A stretch of 64,000 bases of DNA from Candidatus Binatia bacterium (GCA_041483675.1 JBGPGE010000003.1:22502-86501); one strand, 5' to 3'; numbered from the stretch's first letter, positions 28,624 to 38,425 are shown. Notes: generated from the sequence alone by a model not told the origin. Numbers and translations: made by a program.

Positions 28624-29523
28624 ATGAAGGAACAGAGGATCAGCGTTGTCGTCCCGACGCGAAATCGCCGCGACAGCCTCCAGAGACTGCTTTCCAGCTT
28701 ACGGCAAACGCGCGGTCTGGCAAAAATCGCGCTGGAGGTGATCGTCGTGGACAACGGCTCTACGGACGGCACGGCGGACTACCTCAAGAAAGCGAGCGCG
28801 GAATGGCCGCTGCTCCGAGGAATATTCGAAGAGAGGGCGGGCAAAAATTTCGCGCTCAATAAAGGCATCCGCGAGGCTAGGGGTGAGATCCTTTGTCTGA
28901 TGGACGACGATATCGTGCTGGATACGGGATGGCTGGAGGCGCTGGTCGAAGATTACGCGACGACCCGATACGATGCGCTGCAACCTCGAGTCCTTCCGGG
29001 CACCGATCCGGAGGGAAAGCCGGCGGACCTGAGCCGCCTTCACGAGTACAACATTCCGATCGTGGACTACGGCGACTCGATCAGGGATCGGCGGGGCCTC
29101 ACCGGCGTCATCATGTCGTTCAGGCGACGCGTCATCGAGAAAGCCGGGTCGTTTGATGAAAGGCTTCCGGCGCTGGGATATCACGGAGACACGGATCTTT
29201 CCCGACGCATTCGTGGAGCAGGCTTTTCCATCGGCTACACGCCGCACGTCGTCGCGTACCACGAGCTAAACCCGAATCGCTATGGGATCCGTTATGCCCG
29301 CCTGTTCCAATATCGAAAAGGCGTGAGCCGCAGTCTCTATGCGCGGGATTCCATCTGGTTCAACGTTATCCCGAACCTGCTGGCGAATATCCCGCGTTAT
29401 GTCTATTATCGCGCCGCGGGGAATGCGCGGAAGATCTACAAAACAGAGATGCGCATCATGAAATACTGGGGTTACCTCGCGGGAAGACTGCAGCGCGCGA
29501 TCGGCAAAGAGCCATGGAAATAG
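28624..29523 (+). CDS. Glycosyltransferase family 2
   Basis: ISVVVPTRNRRDSLQRLLSSL, VIVVDNGSTDGT, and MDDD (DXD). Confidence 0.85.
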   Translation: MKEQRISVVVPTRNRRDSLQRLLSSLRQTRGLAKIALEVIVVDNGSTDGTADYLKKASAEWPLLRGIFEERAGKNFALNKGIREARGEILCLMDDDIVLDTGWLEALVEDYATTRYDALQPRVLPGTDPEGKPADLSRLHEYNIPIVDYGDSIRDRRGLTGVIMSFRRRVIEKAGSFDERLPALGYHGDTDLSRRIRGAGFSIGYTPHVVAYHELNPNRYGIRYARLFQYRKGVSRSLYARDSIWFNVIPNLLANIPRYVYYRAAGNARKIYKTEMRIMKYWGYLAGRLQRAIGKEPWK

Positions 29524-30422
29524 CCTCGCAGAACAAAAGTCCCGCCGTTTCCGTCGTCGTCGCCACATTTAATCGAGCGCAACTTCTTCCCAAGACGATC
29601 GACAGTCTGCTCCGCCAGAGCTTCAAGGATTTCGAGCTGATCGTGGTGGACGACGGCTCGACGGACTCTACCGCCGATCTGCTTAAAGGCTACGGCGACC
29701 GCGTGCGATTTTTCCGCCAGGAAAATCGCGGGCCATCGGCCGCGCGCAATCTCGGCGTGCGCCAGGCGCGGGGGGGGTGGATCGCGTTCCAGGACTCCGA
29801 TGACGTGAGCGCGCCGGACCATCTCCAGTCGCTCTTCGACTTCGCCCAAATGCGCCTCGACCACGCGCTGATTTTCGCCAACGGCGGTTATCTCGCCGGC
29901 CCGCAGCACGACCGGGAGACGATCATTCCGGCGGCCAAGTCGCGACGGCTCGCCGCGCACGGCGTGTCGCTTAAGGACCTTTTCGACAAGAGTATTTTTC
30001 GCCTGCAGGCGTCGCTCATTCGAAAATCCACGCTGGAGGCTGTTGGGGGCTTCGACGAGAGCATTCGCGTCGGCGAGGATCTCGATCTGGCGATGAGGAT
30101 TTGGCTCAGCTACCCCGTGGCCTATTTGGATAAGGTCGTGTTTTTTTATCGCCGCCACGAAGGCAACCTCGTGGGCGACAGCGAGCTACGGCTGACGGAC
30201 AACATCCGGGTGATCGAGAAGCTGGCGCGCGAGTTCCCGCGGGCACGCGAGATCCTCGGTCCGGCCAGGATTGCGCGGCGGACCGCCTATCGCTATTATC
30301 GGCTCGCTAAGAGCTGCTGGAAACGCGGCGAGCGGGAGAAGGCGCGGCGGGCGATCCGGCAGGCGGTTTCGCTGCGGCCCCTGGCCCTGAAGTACCGCTA
30401 TTACCGGTCGGTGTGGGTCTAA
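29514..30422 (+). CDS. Glycosyltransferase family 2 (contains a G8 homopolymer)
   Basis: VSVVVATFNRAQLL, LIVVDDGSTDST, and QDSDD. A G8 tract at about 29770-29777 encodes R-G-G-W. Confidence 0.85.
   Translation: MEIASQNKSPAVSVVVATFNRAQLLPKTIDSLLRQSFKDFELIVVDDGSTDSTADLLKGYGDRVRFFRQENRGPSAARNLGVRQARGGWIAFQDSDDVSAPDHLQSLFDFAQMRLDHALIFANGGYLAGPQHDRETIIPAAKSRRLAAHGVSLKDLFDKSIFRLQASLIRKSTLEAVGGFDESIRVGEDLDLAMRIWLSYPVAYLDKVVFFYRRHEGNLVGDSELRLTDNIRVIEKLAREFPRAREILGPARIARRTAYRYYRLAKSCWKRGEREKARRAIRQAVSLRPLALKYRYYRSVWV
29770..29777 (+). repeat. Poly-G (G8) tract inside GT2 coding sequence
   Basis: Seen directly in the sequence: GCGCGGGGGGGGTGG. Confidence 0.8.
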
Positions 30423-30427
30423 TTTCC

Positions 30428-31216
30428 ATGTCCCCTGCGAAGCTGGAAATCTCCGCGATCGTCGTCTGCTTCAACGAAGAGGCAAACATCGGGCGCTGTC
30501 TCGAAAGCCTCAAATGGTGCGATGAGATCGTCGTGGTCGATTCCTTCAGCACCGACCGGACGGTCGAGATCTGCCGCCGCTACACCGACCGGGTGATTCA
30601 ACGGCCCTGGGCGGGCTATCGCGATCAGAAAGCTTTCGCTCACTCGCAGGCGTCGAAGGAATGGGTCTTTCTGGTCGATTCCGATGAGCAGGTCTCCCCT
30701 GAATTGAAGGAAGAGATTTCTTCTGCTTTGGCTCATGCCGATGGCGGTGTCGATGCGTTCGCCGCGCCCCGTCTGGTTCATTATCTCGGCCGATGGTGGT
30801 GGAACGGCGGCTGGTATCCGGACTACGATATTAGGATTTTCCGGCGCGAGCGGGCGCGCTGGGGCGGGAACGATCCGCATGAAAAAATTCTGGTCGATGG
30901 CGCGGTGCGGCGGCTGAAACATCCGTTGTTCCACTATTCGTATCGCGACGTGGCCGACCATTGGCAACGCATCAATCGCTTCACCACCATCTCGTCGGCT
31001 GAGTTGCAGGCCGCCGGAAAACGGTGGAAGTGGATCGACAATCTGCTGCGGCCTCCGTTCCGCTTCTTGCGCTCCTATGTGTTGAAACGCGGCTTTCTCG
31101 AAGGCTTTCCCGGATTTTTCGTCTGCGCCACGGCGGCGATTTACGTATTTCTCAAATATGCTAAGCTCAGGGAACTCGAGCTGAAGCCGCGGGAAAGCGG
31201 GCACAGTGGATCGTGA
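30428..31216 (+). CDS. Glycosyltransferase family 2, WaaE/KdtX-like LPS core glycosyltransferase
   Basis: ISAIVVCFNEEANIGRCLESL, VVVDSFSTD, LVDSDE, plus the C-terminal membrane-associating tail typical of the WaaE-like family. Confidence 0.8.
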   Translation: MSPAKLEISAIVVCFNEEANIGRCLESLKWCDEIVVVDSFSTDRTVEICRRYTDRVIQRPWAGYRDQKAFAHSQASKEWVFLVDSDEQVSPELKEEISSALAHADGGVDAFAAPRLVHYLGRWWWNGGWYPDYDIRIFRRERARWGGNDPHEKILVDGAVRRLKHPLFHYSYRDVADHWQRINRFTTISSAELQAAGKRWKWIDNLLRPPFRFLRSYVLKRGFLEGFPGFFVCATAAIYVFLKYAKLRELELKPRESGHSGS

Positions 31217-32312
31217 ACGGAGGCCTCTCCGAATCCTTCACATCGATCCCGAAAGGGCGTGGGGAGGCGGGGAGCGGCAGGTGATGGGGCTGTTGAGCCA
31301 CCTGTCCCGCTGGGGACATGAGAATCATCTCCTTTGCCATCCGGATTCGCCGCTTGAGCAGGCGGCGCGGCGAATCGAGGTTCGGACATCGCCGATCGGA
31401 ATCCGCAACGAGATCGACCTGCGGGCCGTCGTTCCGTTGAGGCGGCTGCTTAGGGTCGGGGGATACGACATTCTCCATTTTCATACCAAGCGGGCGCATG
31501 CTTTGTCGTTCTGGCTTGGGCGGCCGGCTGGAGGATTGCGGCGCGTGGTCACGCGCCGCATGGATTATCCGATGCGGCGCAACTGGTACGAGCGCGCTCT
31601 TTATAACCGGAAAGTGGACGGCGTGATCGCCATATCGGAGAAGATCGCGGCGCTGTTGATCGAGGGCGGCGTCGCCAGAAAAAAGATCCGCGTGATCTAC
31701 AGCGGCGTCGATATCGCTTTCTTCGACAATCGGAGCGAGTCAACGGAACGAGATAGCGCGCCGGTGGTCGGCATGGTGGCGGCGCTGGAAGAGAGAAAGG
31801 GCCATCGTTTTCTGTTCGAGGCGGCGGCGGAGCTGAAGCGGGGGGGGGATCGGTTGCATTACAAAATCGCCGGCGACGGGCCTGAGCTGGAAAAGTTGCG
31901 TGCGCTGGCGGCAGCGCTGGGCCTGCAAGCGGAGATCGAGTTCGTGGGGTTCGTTTCCGACGTGGCGGCGTTCTTAGCTTCCATCGACCTTTTTGTCCTG
32001 CCGTCGCTGTTCGAAGGGCTGGGCGTCGCGGCGCTGGAGGCGATGGCGGCGGGAAAGCCGGTCATCGCGACAGAGGTCGGCGGCTTGAGCGAGCTGGTCG
32101 AAGATCGCCGCACGGGTCTGCTGGTTCCACCGGGGGATGCTCATGCTCTGGCGCGGGCGATTCACGAGCTGGTCTCGCAGGACGACCTGATGCGCGAGCT
32201 GGGCGAGAACGGCAGGCGGCGGGTCGCCGAGCGGTTTACGATGGAGCGGATGGCGCGGCAAAACGAGGCCTATTATTACGAGTTGCTTGCGGCGCCGGGA
32301 ACGGCCCGGTGA
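31206..32312 (+). CDS. Glycosyltransferase family 4 (contains a G9 homopolymer)
   Basis: LFVLPSLFEGLGVAALEAMAAGKPVIATEVGGLSELV is the GT4 motif. A G9 tract at about 31840-31848 encodes K-R-G-G-D. Confidence 0.8.
   Translation: MDRERRPLRILHIDPERAWGGGERQVMGLLSHLSRWGHENHLLCHPDSPLEQAARRIEVRTSPIGIRNEIDLRAVVPLRRLLRVGGYDILHFHTKRAHALSFWLGRPAGGLRRVVTRRMDYPMRRNWYERALYNRKVDGVIAISEKIAALLIEGGVARKKIRVIYSGVDIAFFDNRSESTERDSAPVVGMVAALEERKGHRFLFEAAAELKRGGDRLHYKIAGDGPELEKLRALAAALGLQAEIEFVGFVSDVAAFLASIDLFVLPSLFEGLGVAALEAMAAGKPVIATEVGGLSELVEDRRTGLLVPPGDAHALARAIHELVSQDDLMRELGENGRRRVAERFTMERMARQNEAYYYELLAAPGTAR
31840..31848 (+). repeat. Poly-G (G9) tract inside GT4 coding sequence
   Basis: Seen directly: AAGCGGGGGGGGGATCGG. 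Confidence 0.8.
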
Positions 32313-32331
32313 AAACAAAGGGAGGGTGCGC

Positions 32332-33327
32332 GTGGCGGCGAGTGTGAACCGATTGTGGGCGCTGTTGGGGAGATTCTCCCGCCGTCGCCTGATGGTGGTG
32401 GGCGATTTGATGCTGGACCGCTTCATTTGGGGCGAGGTCGACCGCATCTCGCCCGAGGCGCCCGTGCCGGTGTTGCGCGTGACGTCGGAGAGCTTTCGTC
32501 TGGGCGGCGCGGCGAACGTGGCGCACAATATCAGGACGCTCGGCGGGAGCGTCAGTGTGGCAGGCATCGTGGGGCCCGATCGCATGGGACGCATGCTGCT
32601 TCAGCAGTTGCGCGATATCGGCGTTCCTACGACCGGCGTGTTCTTAGAGTCCGGCTTTCAGACGATCCAGAAGACGCGCGTGATCGCGCATCCGCGCAAT
32701 CAACAGATCGTCCGTCTGGATCGGGAAAATCACGCCGGAGCGCGGCGGCCGATGCGTGACCGGATTCGCCGCTTTGTCGGCCGGCAGCTTGCGCGCTGCG
32801 ACGGCGTCGTGATCTCCGATTACGGCAAGGGCGTGATCCACGGAGAGCTGCTGGAAATGGTCGCAGGGCTGGCGCAGGAGAAAAATCTGCTCTGTGTCGT
32901 CGATCCGAAGAAGGAGAATTTCAAGGCCTATCGCGGCGCGAGCCTGGTGACGCCCAATCTGGACGAGGCGGCGCAGGCGTCCGGGATCGAGATCACGGAC
33001 GACGCGTCGCTGCTCGCGGCGGGCCGCAGGCTGCTCGAGCTTTGGCAGACCAAAGCGGTGTTGATCACGCGGGGCTCGCGCGGGATGAGCCTGTTCCGCC
33101 CAGGAAGGGAAGTGCGGCACTTTTCCACCGAGCCGCGGGAAATTTTCGACGTGACCGGCGCCGGCGATACGGTTGTGGCCGCGATCGCTCTGGCGCTCGC
33201 GAGCGGGTCGACCTATGAAGAGGCGGCCACGATCGGCAACCTGGCGGGCGGACTCGTCGGTCGGGAGGTCGGGCCGGTCGCGGTGGCGCTCGGGGATCTC
33301 AAACTGGCGGTGCGGGGGCAAAGATGA
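32332..33327 (+). CDS. hldA: D-glycero-beta-D-manno-heptose-7-phosphate kinase (RfaE domain I, PfkB family)
   Basis: MVVGDLMLDRFIWGEVDRISPEAPVPVL aligns with the E. coli HldE N-terminus. PfkB motif DVTGAGDT near the C-terminus. GTG start has GGAGG 8 nt upstream. Confidence 0.8.
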   Translation: MAASVNRLWALLGRFSRRRLMVVGDLMLDRFIWGEVDRISPEAPVPVLRVTSESFRLGGAANVAHNIRTLGGSVSVAGIVGPDRMGRMLLQQLRDIGVPTTGVFLESGFQTIQKTRVIAHPRNQQIVRLDRENHAGARRPMRDRIRRFVGRQLARCDGVVISDYGKGVIHGELLEMVAGLAQEKNLLCVVDPKKENFKAYRGASLVTPNLDEAAQASGIEITDDASLLAAGRRLLELWQTKAVLITRGSRGMSLFRPGREVRHFSTEPREIFDVTGAGDTVVAAIALALASGSTYEEAATIGNLAGGLVGREVGPVAVALGDLKLAVRGQR

Positions 33328-34193
33328 AGAGCATGACGGGATACGGCGAAGCGGCGGCCCAGGGGCGCTGGGCCCGGGTCGTGGCGCAACTCAGAACGGT
33401 CAACCATCGGAGCCTCGACCTCCAGCCGCGCCTGCCGCGGGAGTATCTCGCGTTGGAGGAGGAGATCCGTAAACGCGTGCGGGAGCGGATTTCGCGGGGC
33501 AGGGTGGAGCTGTTCGTTACGCGCTCCCTGATTCACGGCCACAACCGCACGATCGAGCTTGACGAAGCGCTGCTCAGGCAGTATCTCCAGTCGTTCCGGC
33601 GCGCGCAGCGGAAGTTCGGCCTTAAAGGACAGGTGGATATCTCGCTCTGCGCTTCTCTGCCCGAGCTCTTCCGGGTGAAGGAGGCGGAGGCCGGCGGCGA
33701 TGACGAGGCGCCGTTGGTTTTTAAGGCGCTCAGCGGCGCGCTCGCCGATCTCGAACGCTCGCGGCGGCGCGAAGGCCGGCAGCTTCAGTTGGATATTTTG
33801 AGCCAGGTGCGCCATTTGCGCGGCGTGAGCGCGGCCTTGATCAAGGAGGCGGGTGAGATCGAAACGCGCAACAAGCAGACACTCGCCCTGCGGTCGGCGG
33901 CGCAGCCTGGGGCGACATCGACTTTCAACGGCGCGCCGGAGAACGAAAGTTGGGGCTTTAAGGGCGACATCCACGAAGAGGTGGTCAGGCTCAAAGCCCA
34001 CGTCGAAGAGTTAGGCCGGCTGGCGCGGAGCCGTGAGCCGGTCGGCAAACGGGTCGAGTTCTTGCTGCAAGAGATCCTCCGCGAGCTAAATACAGTGGGC
34101 TCCAAGGCGCCGCATATGGCGGCGGTCCAGTGGGTCGTGGCGGGGAAGGAGCGGGTGGAGCAGATCCGCGAACAGGCCCACAATATAGAATAA
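33324..34193 (+). CDS. yicC: YicC-family protein
   Basis: MKSMTGYGEA start, N-terminal YicC domain and conserved C-terminal DUF1732-like region. The conserved yicC-gmk arrangement is also present. Confidence 0.8.
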   Translation: MKSMTGYGEAAAQGRWARVVAQLRTVNHRSLDLQPRLPREYLALEEEIRKRVRERISRGRVELFVTRSLIHGHNRTIELDEALLRQYLQSFRRAQRKFGLKGQVDISLCASLPELFRVKEAEAGGDDEAPLVFKALSGALADLERSRRREGRQLQLDILSQVRHLRGVSAALIKEAGEIETRNKQTLALRSAAQPGATSTFNGAPENESWGFKGDIHEEVVRLKAHVEELGRLARSREPVGKRVEFLLQEILRELNTVGSKAPHMAAVQWVVAGKERVEQIREQAHNIE

Positions 34194-34882
34194 TGGAGCC
34201 GACTTCGATCGTTAGCCGACCCTTCGACGCGGGCCGCGGCTTTTGGCCGCGGGCCCTCGCTCAGGGTCGTCCAGAGCGAGCGAAGCGAGTCGCGGGACGC
34301 CAGGGCATAGTCTTTATCATCTCCGCTCCGTCCGGGGCCGGCAAGACCACGCTGATCAAAGGGCTGCTCAAGCGCTTTCCGGAAATGGCGCTTTCGGTTT
34401 CCTACACCACCCGCCTGCGCCGCGCTGGAGAGGCGGACGGCCGGGACTATCGGTTCGTTACGCCGGGCCGCTTTTCAACCATGCGCTCCGCCAAGGCGTT
34501 TGCCGAGTGGGCCGGTGTGCACGGATATCTCTATGGCACTCCGCGCGCGCCGCTCGAGCGCGCCATCCGCGGCGGGCGGGACATGCTCCTCGACATCGAC
34601 GTTCAGGGGGCGCGCAAAATCAAGCGCCAGTATCCCGCGGCCGTCTCGATCTTCGTCCTTCCTCCCTCCTGGCGCGAGTTGGAGAAGCGGCTGGCGCTGC
34701 GCGGCACCGACCGCAAGGAGACGATCCGCAAGCGACTCGCCAACGCTCGGCGTGAAATCCGCGCGATCCTGCGCTATGATTATTTCGTAGTCAACCGGGA
34801 GCTCAAGGTCGCGCTGGAGTCCCTGCAAGCCGTGGTTCGCGCCGAGCGCCTCCGCGTCTCCCGGCTATCAGCGTCGAAATAG
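34193..34882 (+). CDS. gmk: Guanylate kinase
   Basis: P-loop SAPSGAGKTT, SVSYTTR and YGT motifs. TAATG overlap with yicC. Confidence 0.85.
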   Translation: MEPTSIVSRPFDAGRGFWPRALAQGRPERAKRVAGRQGIVFIISAPSGAGKTTLIKGLLKRFPEMALSVSYTTRLRRAGEADGRDYRFVTPGRFSTMRSAKAFAEWAGVHGYLYGTPRAPLERAIRGGRDMLLDIDVQGARKIKRQYPAAVSIFVLPPSWRELEKRLALRGTDRKETIRKRLANARREIRAILRYDYFVVNRELKVALESLQAVVRAERLRVSRLSASK

Positions 34883-35010
34883 ACGGCCGCCCCTCAGGGT
34901 CTGTCCTGCCTTCGACCAGCTCAGGTCCTGAGTTAATCGAAGGGAGTGAAGTCGAAGAGATCAGCCTGACCGGCTGAGCGCGCGAAGGCCAAGCAGCCGA
35001 AGATAGAGCC

Positions 35011-37176
35011 ATGAGCAAAGAAATCCGCGTCAGCGATCTGGTGGAAAAAATCCAGGTCTACCATCCGACGGCCGACGTCGCGTTGATCCAACGCGCTTAC
35101 GATTTCTCCAACGAGGTCCACCAGGGACAGAAGCGGCTTTCCGGCGAGCCCTTTTTCACCCATCCGATGGCCGTGGCCGATCTGATCGCCGACTTGAAGC
35201 TCGACGTGCCGAGCGTCGTCGGCGGCCTGCTCCACGATACGGTCGAGGACACGCTGGCGACTCTGGAGCAGGTCAAAGCTATTTTCGGCCCGGAGATCGC
35301 CGGGCTGGTGGACGGGGTGACCAAGTTGAGCCAGATCAACTTCACCAGCCGCGAAGAGAAGCAGGCCGAGAATTTCCGCAAGATGATCCTGGCGATGGCC
35401 AAGGACATCCGCGTGATCCTCATCAAGCTCGCCGACCGCACGCACAATATGCGGACGCTCGATCATCTCCCCGCCGAAAAACAGCTTGCGACGGCGCAGG
35501 AGACGCTCGATATCTACGCGCCGCTGGCCCATCGGTTGGGGATCGCCTGGGTCAAGGACGAGCTGGAGGATCTGGCGCTCAAACACCTGCACCCGGAGAT
35601 CTACTACCAGCTCAAACGCAACGTCGCCAAAAAGAAGGCGGCGCGGGAAAAGTACATCAACGAGGTCATCGGGTCGATCGGCAAAATTCTCGAAGCGGAA
35701 GGGATCGACGGGGAGGTCACGGGACGGCCCAAGCATTTCTTCAGCATCTACCAGAAGATGGAGAACCAGAATCTCCTCTACGACCAGATTTACGATCTGG
35801 TCGCGTTCCGCATCATCGTCGACACGGTCAGGGAATGCTACGAGGCGCTTGGCGTGATCCACTCCCAGTGGAAGCCGGTCCCCGGTCGCTTCAAAGACTA
35901 TATCGCGCTGCCGAAGCCTAACATGTATCAATCGCTCCATACGACCGTGATCGGCCCTTATGGCGAGCGCATGGAGATCCAGATCCGCACCCAAGAGATG
36001 CACCGCGTCGCGGAAGAAGGGATCGCGGCCCACTGGCGCTATAAGAAGGAAGGCAAAGACTTTCAGTTCAACGACATCCAAAAGTTCGCCTGGCTGCGCC
36101 AGTTGCTCGAGTGGCAGCAGAACGTGGAAGACCCGCAGGAATTTCTCCATAGCATCAAAGAGGACCTGTTCGCCGACGAGGTCTATGTCTTTACGCCGAA
36201 GGGCGACCTGATCGGCTTTCCCAAAGGCGCCACGGCGGTCGATTTCGCCTATCGAATACACTCTGAAGTCGGCCATCACTGCTCAGGCGCGCGGGTGAAC
36301 GGCCAGTTGCTTCCGCTCAAATACCTGCTGCGCAGCGGCGATACGGTGGAGATTATCACCACGCATCAGCAGACCCCGAGCCGCGATTGGCTCAAGCTGG
36401 TGAAGACGCCGCGCGCCAAGTCCAAGATACGAAACTGGCTGAAATCGCAGCAGCGCGAGAGGAGCGTCGCGTTGGGGCGCGAACTGCTCGAAGGCGACCT
36501 CGGGCGCCACAAGCTCGAATACGCGACGCTCAGGCGCGAGGGGAAAATCGAATCGATCGCCAAGGAGCTGGGGCTCAAGGACGAAGAGGCGCTGCTGGCG
36601 AGCGTCGGCTACGGCAGGATCACGCCGCGCCACGTGCTCGCCAAGCTGCTGCCGCCGGAAAAGCTCGACGGCGGCAAAAAACCGGCCGAGGGGGCGCTGG
36701 AGCGGCTGTTTCGCATCGTTTCCGGCCAGAAGCGCGATCTCGGCGTCAAGGTGACGGGTGTCGGGGACGTGATGGTGCGTTTTGCGCGCTGCTGTCATCC
36801 GCTGCCCGGAGAGCCGGTCACCGGATTCATCACGCGTGGACGGGGTGTGACGGTCCACGTCTCAGCCTGCTCGACGGTGCTCGAGAGCGATCCTCATCGT
36901 CGGGTCGAAGTGACCTGGGAGGAGGGCGAGCAGACCCCGCGGCCGATCAAGATCGAGGTGAGCTGCATCGACCGGCCGGGATTGCTGGCGGCGATCAGCG
37001 CGGCGATCACCGGCGCGGACGTCAATATCGCGCGCGCTCAGGTGCGCACCTTCCCGGACCAGAAGGCGCTCAACACGTTCGAGGTGCTGATCACCCACTC
37101 CGATCAGCTCCGGCGCGTCCTCAGCAGCATCGCGAAGGTTAAAGGGGTCTACAAAGCCACGCGTGCGCGTGGCTGA
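35011..37176 (+). CDS. spoT: Bifunctional (p)ppGpp synthetase/hydrolase (RelA/SpoT homolog)
   Basis: HD domain HDTVEDT and synthetase RxKD-region motifs, with TGS and ACT C-terminal regions. 721 aa. Confidence 0.9.
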   Translation: MSKEIRVSDLVEKIQVYHPTADVALIQRAYDFSNEVHQGQKRLSGEPFFTHPMAVADLIADLKLDVPSVVGGLLHDTVEDTLATLEQVKAIFGPEIAGLVDGVTKLSQINFTSREEKQAENFRKMILAMAKDIRVILIKLADRTHNMRTLDHLPAEKQLATAQETLDIYAPLAHRLGIAWVKDELEDLALKHLHPEIYYQLKRNVAKKKAAREKYINEVIGSIGKILEAEGIDGEVTGRPKHFFSIYQKMENQNLLYDQIYDLVAFRIIVDTVRECYEALGVIHSQWKPVPGRFKDYIALPKPNMYQSLHTTVIGPYGERMEIQIRTQEMHRVAEEGIAAHWRYKKEGKDFQFNDIQKFAWLRQLLEWQQNVEDPQEFLHSIKEDLFADEVYVFTPKGDLIGFPKGATAVDFAYRIHSEVGHHCSGARVNGQLLPLKYLLRSGDTVEIITTHQQTPSRDWLKLVKTPRAKSKIRNWLKSQQRERSVALGRELLEGDLGRHKLEYATLRREGKIESIAKELGLKDEEALLASVGYGRITPRHVLAKLLPPEKLDGGKKPAEGALERLFRIVSGQKRDLGVKVTGVGDVMVRFARCCHPLPGEPVTGFITRGRGVTVHVSACSTVLESDPHRRVEVTWEEGEQTPRPIKIEVSCIDRPGLLAAISAAITGADVNIARAQVRTFPDQKALNTFEVLITHSDQLRRVLSSIAKVKGVYKATRARG

Positions 37177-37179
37177 CAA

Positions 37180-37228
37180 TTTTCGATTTTAGATTAATCG
37201 AAAATCGGCAATCGAAAATCTAAAATCG
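37180..37228. terminator. AT-rich bidirectional hairpin between convergent spoT and rpmB
   Basis: CGATTTTAGATT (37184-37195) pairs with AATCTAAAATCG (37217-37228). The 12-bp stem is in an AT-rich 75-bp convergent spacer that also holds internal TTTTCGATT/AATCGAAAA repeats. Confidence 0.5.
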
Positions 37229-37251
37229 GGAGTTGGGTGGGTGAGGTGTGG

Positions 37252-37443
37252 CTAGGCTACTTTTTCCACGCGGCCCGAGTGAATGCAGTCTGTACAGACG
37301 AGGATCCGCCGCACCTGGCCCTCCACTCGGGCCCTTACTTTTTGCAGATTCGGCCGCCAGGTTCTTTTGGTTTTATTGTTGGCGTGGCTGACGGTGTTTC
37401 CGACAGAGCGTCTTTTGCCGCAGAGGGTACAGATTCTTGCCAT
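37252..37443 (-). CDS. rpmB: 50S ribosomal protein L28
   Basis: [34 protein letters not shown] is the L28 signature. Confidence 0.9.
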   Translation of the reverse strand: MARICTLCGKRRSVGNTVSHANNKTKRTWRPNLQKVRARVEGQVRRILVCTDCIHSGRVEKVA

Positions 37444-37445
37444 GA

Positions 37446-37919
37446 TTATAACTTCCTCACCCTTTCGATAATATTGGTCGTCGAGTGGCCCCGGCGGAAA
37501 GGAACGACGACCACCTTGCCGCCCCTTTGCTCCACCAGCTCTCTTCCCACGACCTGATTCTCCGCCCAGTCGCCGCCTTTCACCAGCACGTCGGGGTTCA
37601 ACGCCCGGATCAAGTTCACCGGCTCGGCTTCATTGAATATCGTCACGTAGTCTACCATCTCCAGCGCGCCAATCAACTCCGCCCGCTCGGCTTGAGGCAG
37701 CACCGGACGCTCCGGGCCCTTGATCCCTCCGATCGAGCTGTCGCTGTTCAGCGCCACGATCAGCAGATGGCCGAGCTTCTTAGCCTCGCGCAGCAGGTGG
37801 AGATGGCCGACGTGCAGCAGATCGAAGCAGCCGTTGGTAAAGACGACTTTCTTACGCGCCGCTTTCGCCTTCGCCACGATCTCCTTCAGCTCTTCGACGC
37901 CCGCAAGCTTGCCTTGCAC
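37446..37919 (-). CDS. hldC: D-glycero-beta-D-manno-heptose-1-phosphate adenylyltransferase (RfaE domain II, cytidylyltransferase-like)
   Basis: [39 protein letters not shown] matches the (H/T)xGH nucleotidyltransferase motif of HldE domain II. The C-terminus matches RfaE-II. Start is placed at GTG by analogy to standalone HldC length. The ORF is open up to 38015. Confidence 0.65.
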   Translation of the reverse strand: MQGKLAGVEELKEIVAKAKAARKKVVFTNGCFDLLHVGHLHLLREAKKLGHLLIVALNSDSSIGGIKGPERPVLPQAERAELIGALEMVDYVTIFNEAEPVNLIRALNPDVLVKGGDWAENQVVGRELVEQRGGKVVVVPFRRGHSTTNIIERVRKL

Positions 37920-38076
37920 ACTAGATGGGTAGCATGCCCCACGGTCGGATTCAACGAGATCGCCCCGCAGTCCATGGGGTCTACTTGAACATCCCAATTT
38001 TTCGCTTTCCGCCACGGCGAAAGTGCGCTAATATCTCCGGCAGCAACAAGGCCGTTATGGAAAGGGGGATAAACGC

Positions 38077-38331
38077 ATGAAGCTGTCGGTAAGAGGATTA
38101 ATGGTTGCGGCGGGAATTGTCTGGGCGCTCACGTTTTTCGTGGTGGCGTATGCCAATCTCCAGTGGCCTCCCTACGGGAAAGCCTTCCTCGATCTCATGA
38201 GCTCTATCTATCCCGGATACAAGACCGCGGTGGGGTTGCAGGGCGTGCTCGTGGGGACCGGCTACGCGCTGGTCGATGGCGCTCTCGCGGGCATGATCTT
38301 CGGCTGGTTCTATAACGGCGTCGCTAGGTAA
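38077..38331 (+). CDS. Small hypothetical membrane protein (two predicted TM helices, glycine-zipper C-terminus)
   Basis: 84-aa ORF with hydrophobic segments AAGIVWALTFFVVAYA and GTGYALVDGALAGMIFGWFY. GGAAAGGGGG precedes the ATG. No recognisable family. Confidence 0.4.
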   Translation: MKLSVRGLMVAAGIVWALTFFVVAYANLQWPPYGKAFLDLMSSIYPGYKTAVGLQGVLVGTGYALVDGALAGMIFGWFYNGVAR

Positions 38332-38425
38332 CCGCTCGGCGCGCCGCCGTCGTTGCAGAAAAGCGGACGGTTCTTCGGAATCGGACCGACGAGGCCGTCG
38401 GGCACACCGAGGTGCGCCCAAAGCC

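Noticed and set aside
34883-35010. Expected rpoZ between gmk and spoT
   Set aside because: The 128-bp spacer is too short and has no ORF. rpoZ is reported as absent rather than annotated.
37446-38015. Longer 189-aa form of the heptose adenylyltransferase starting at 38015
   Set aside because: The extra 32 N-terminal residues ([32 protein letters not shown]) have no counterpart in RfaE domain II homologs. The shorter GTG-initiated form matches the usual standalone HldC length. The start is kept uncertain.
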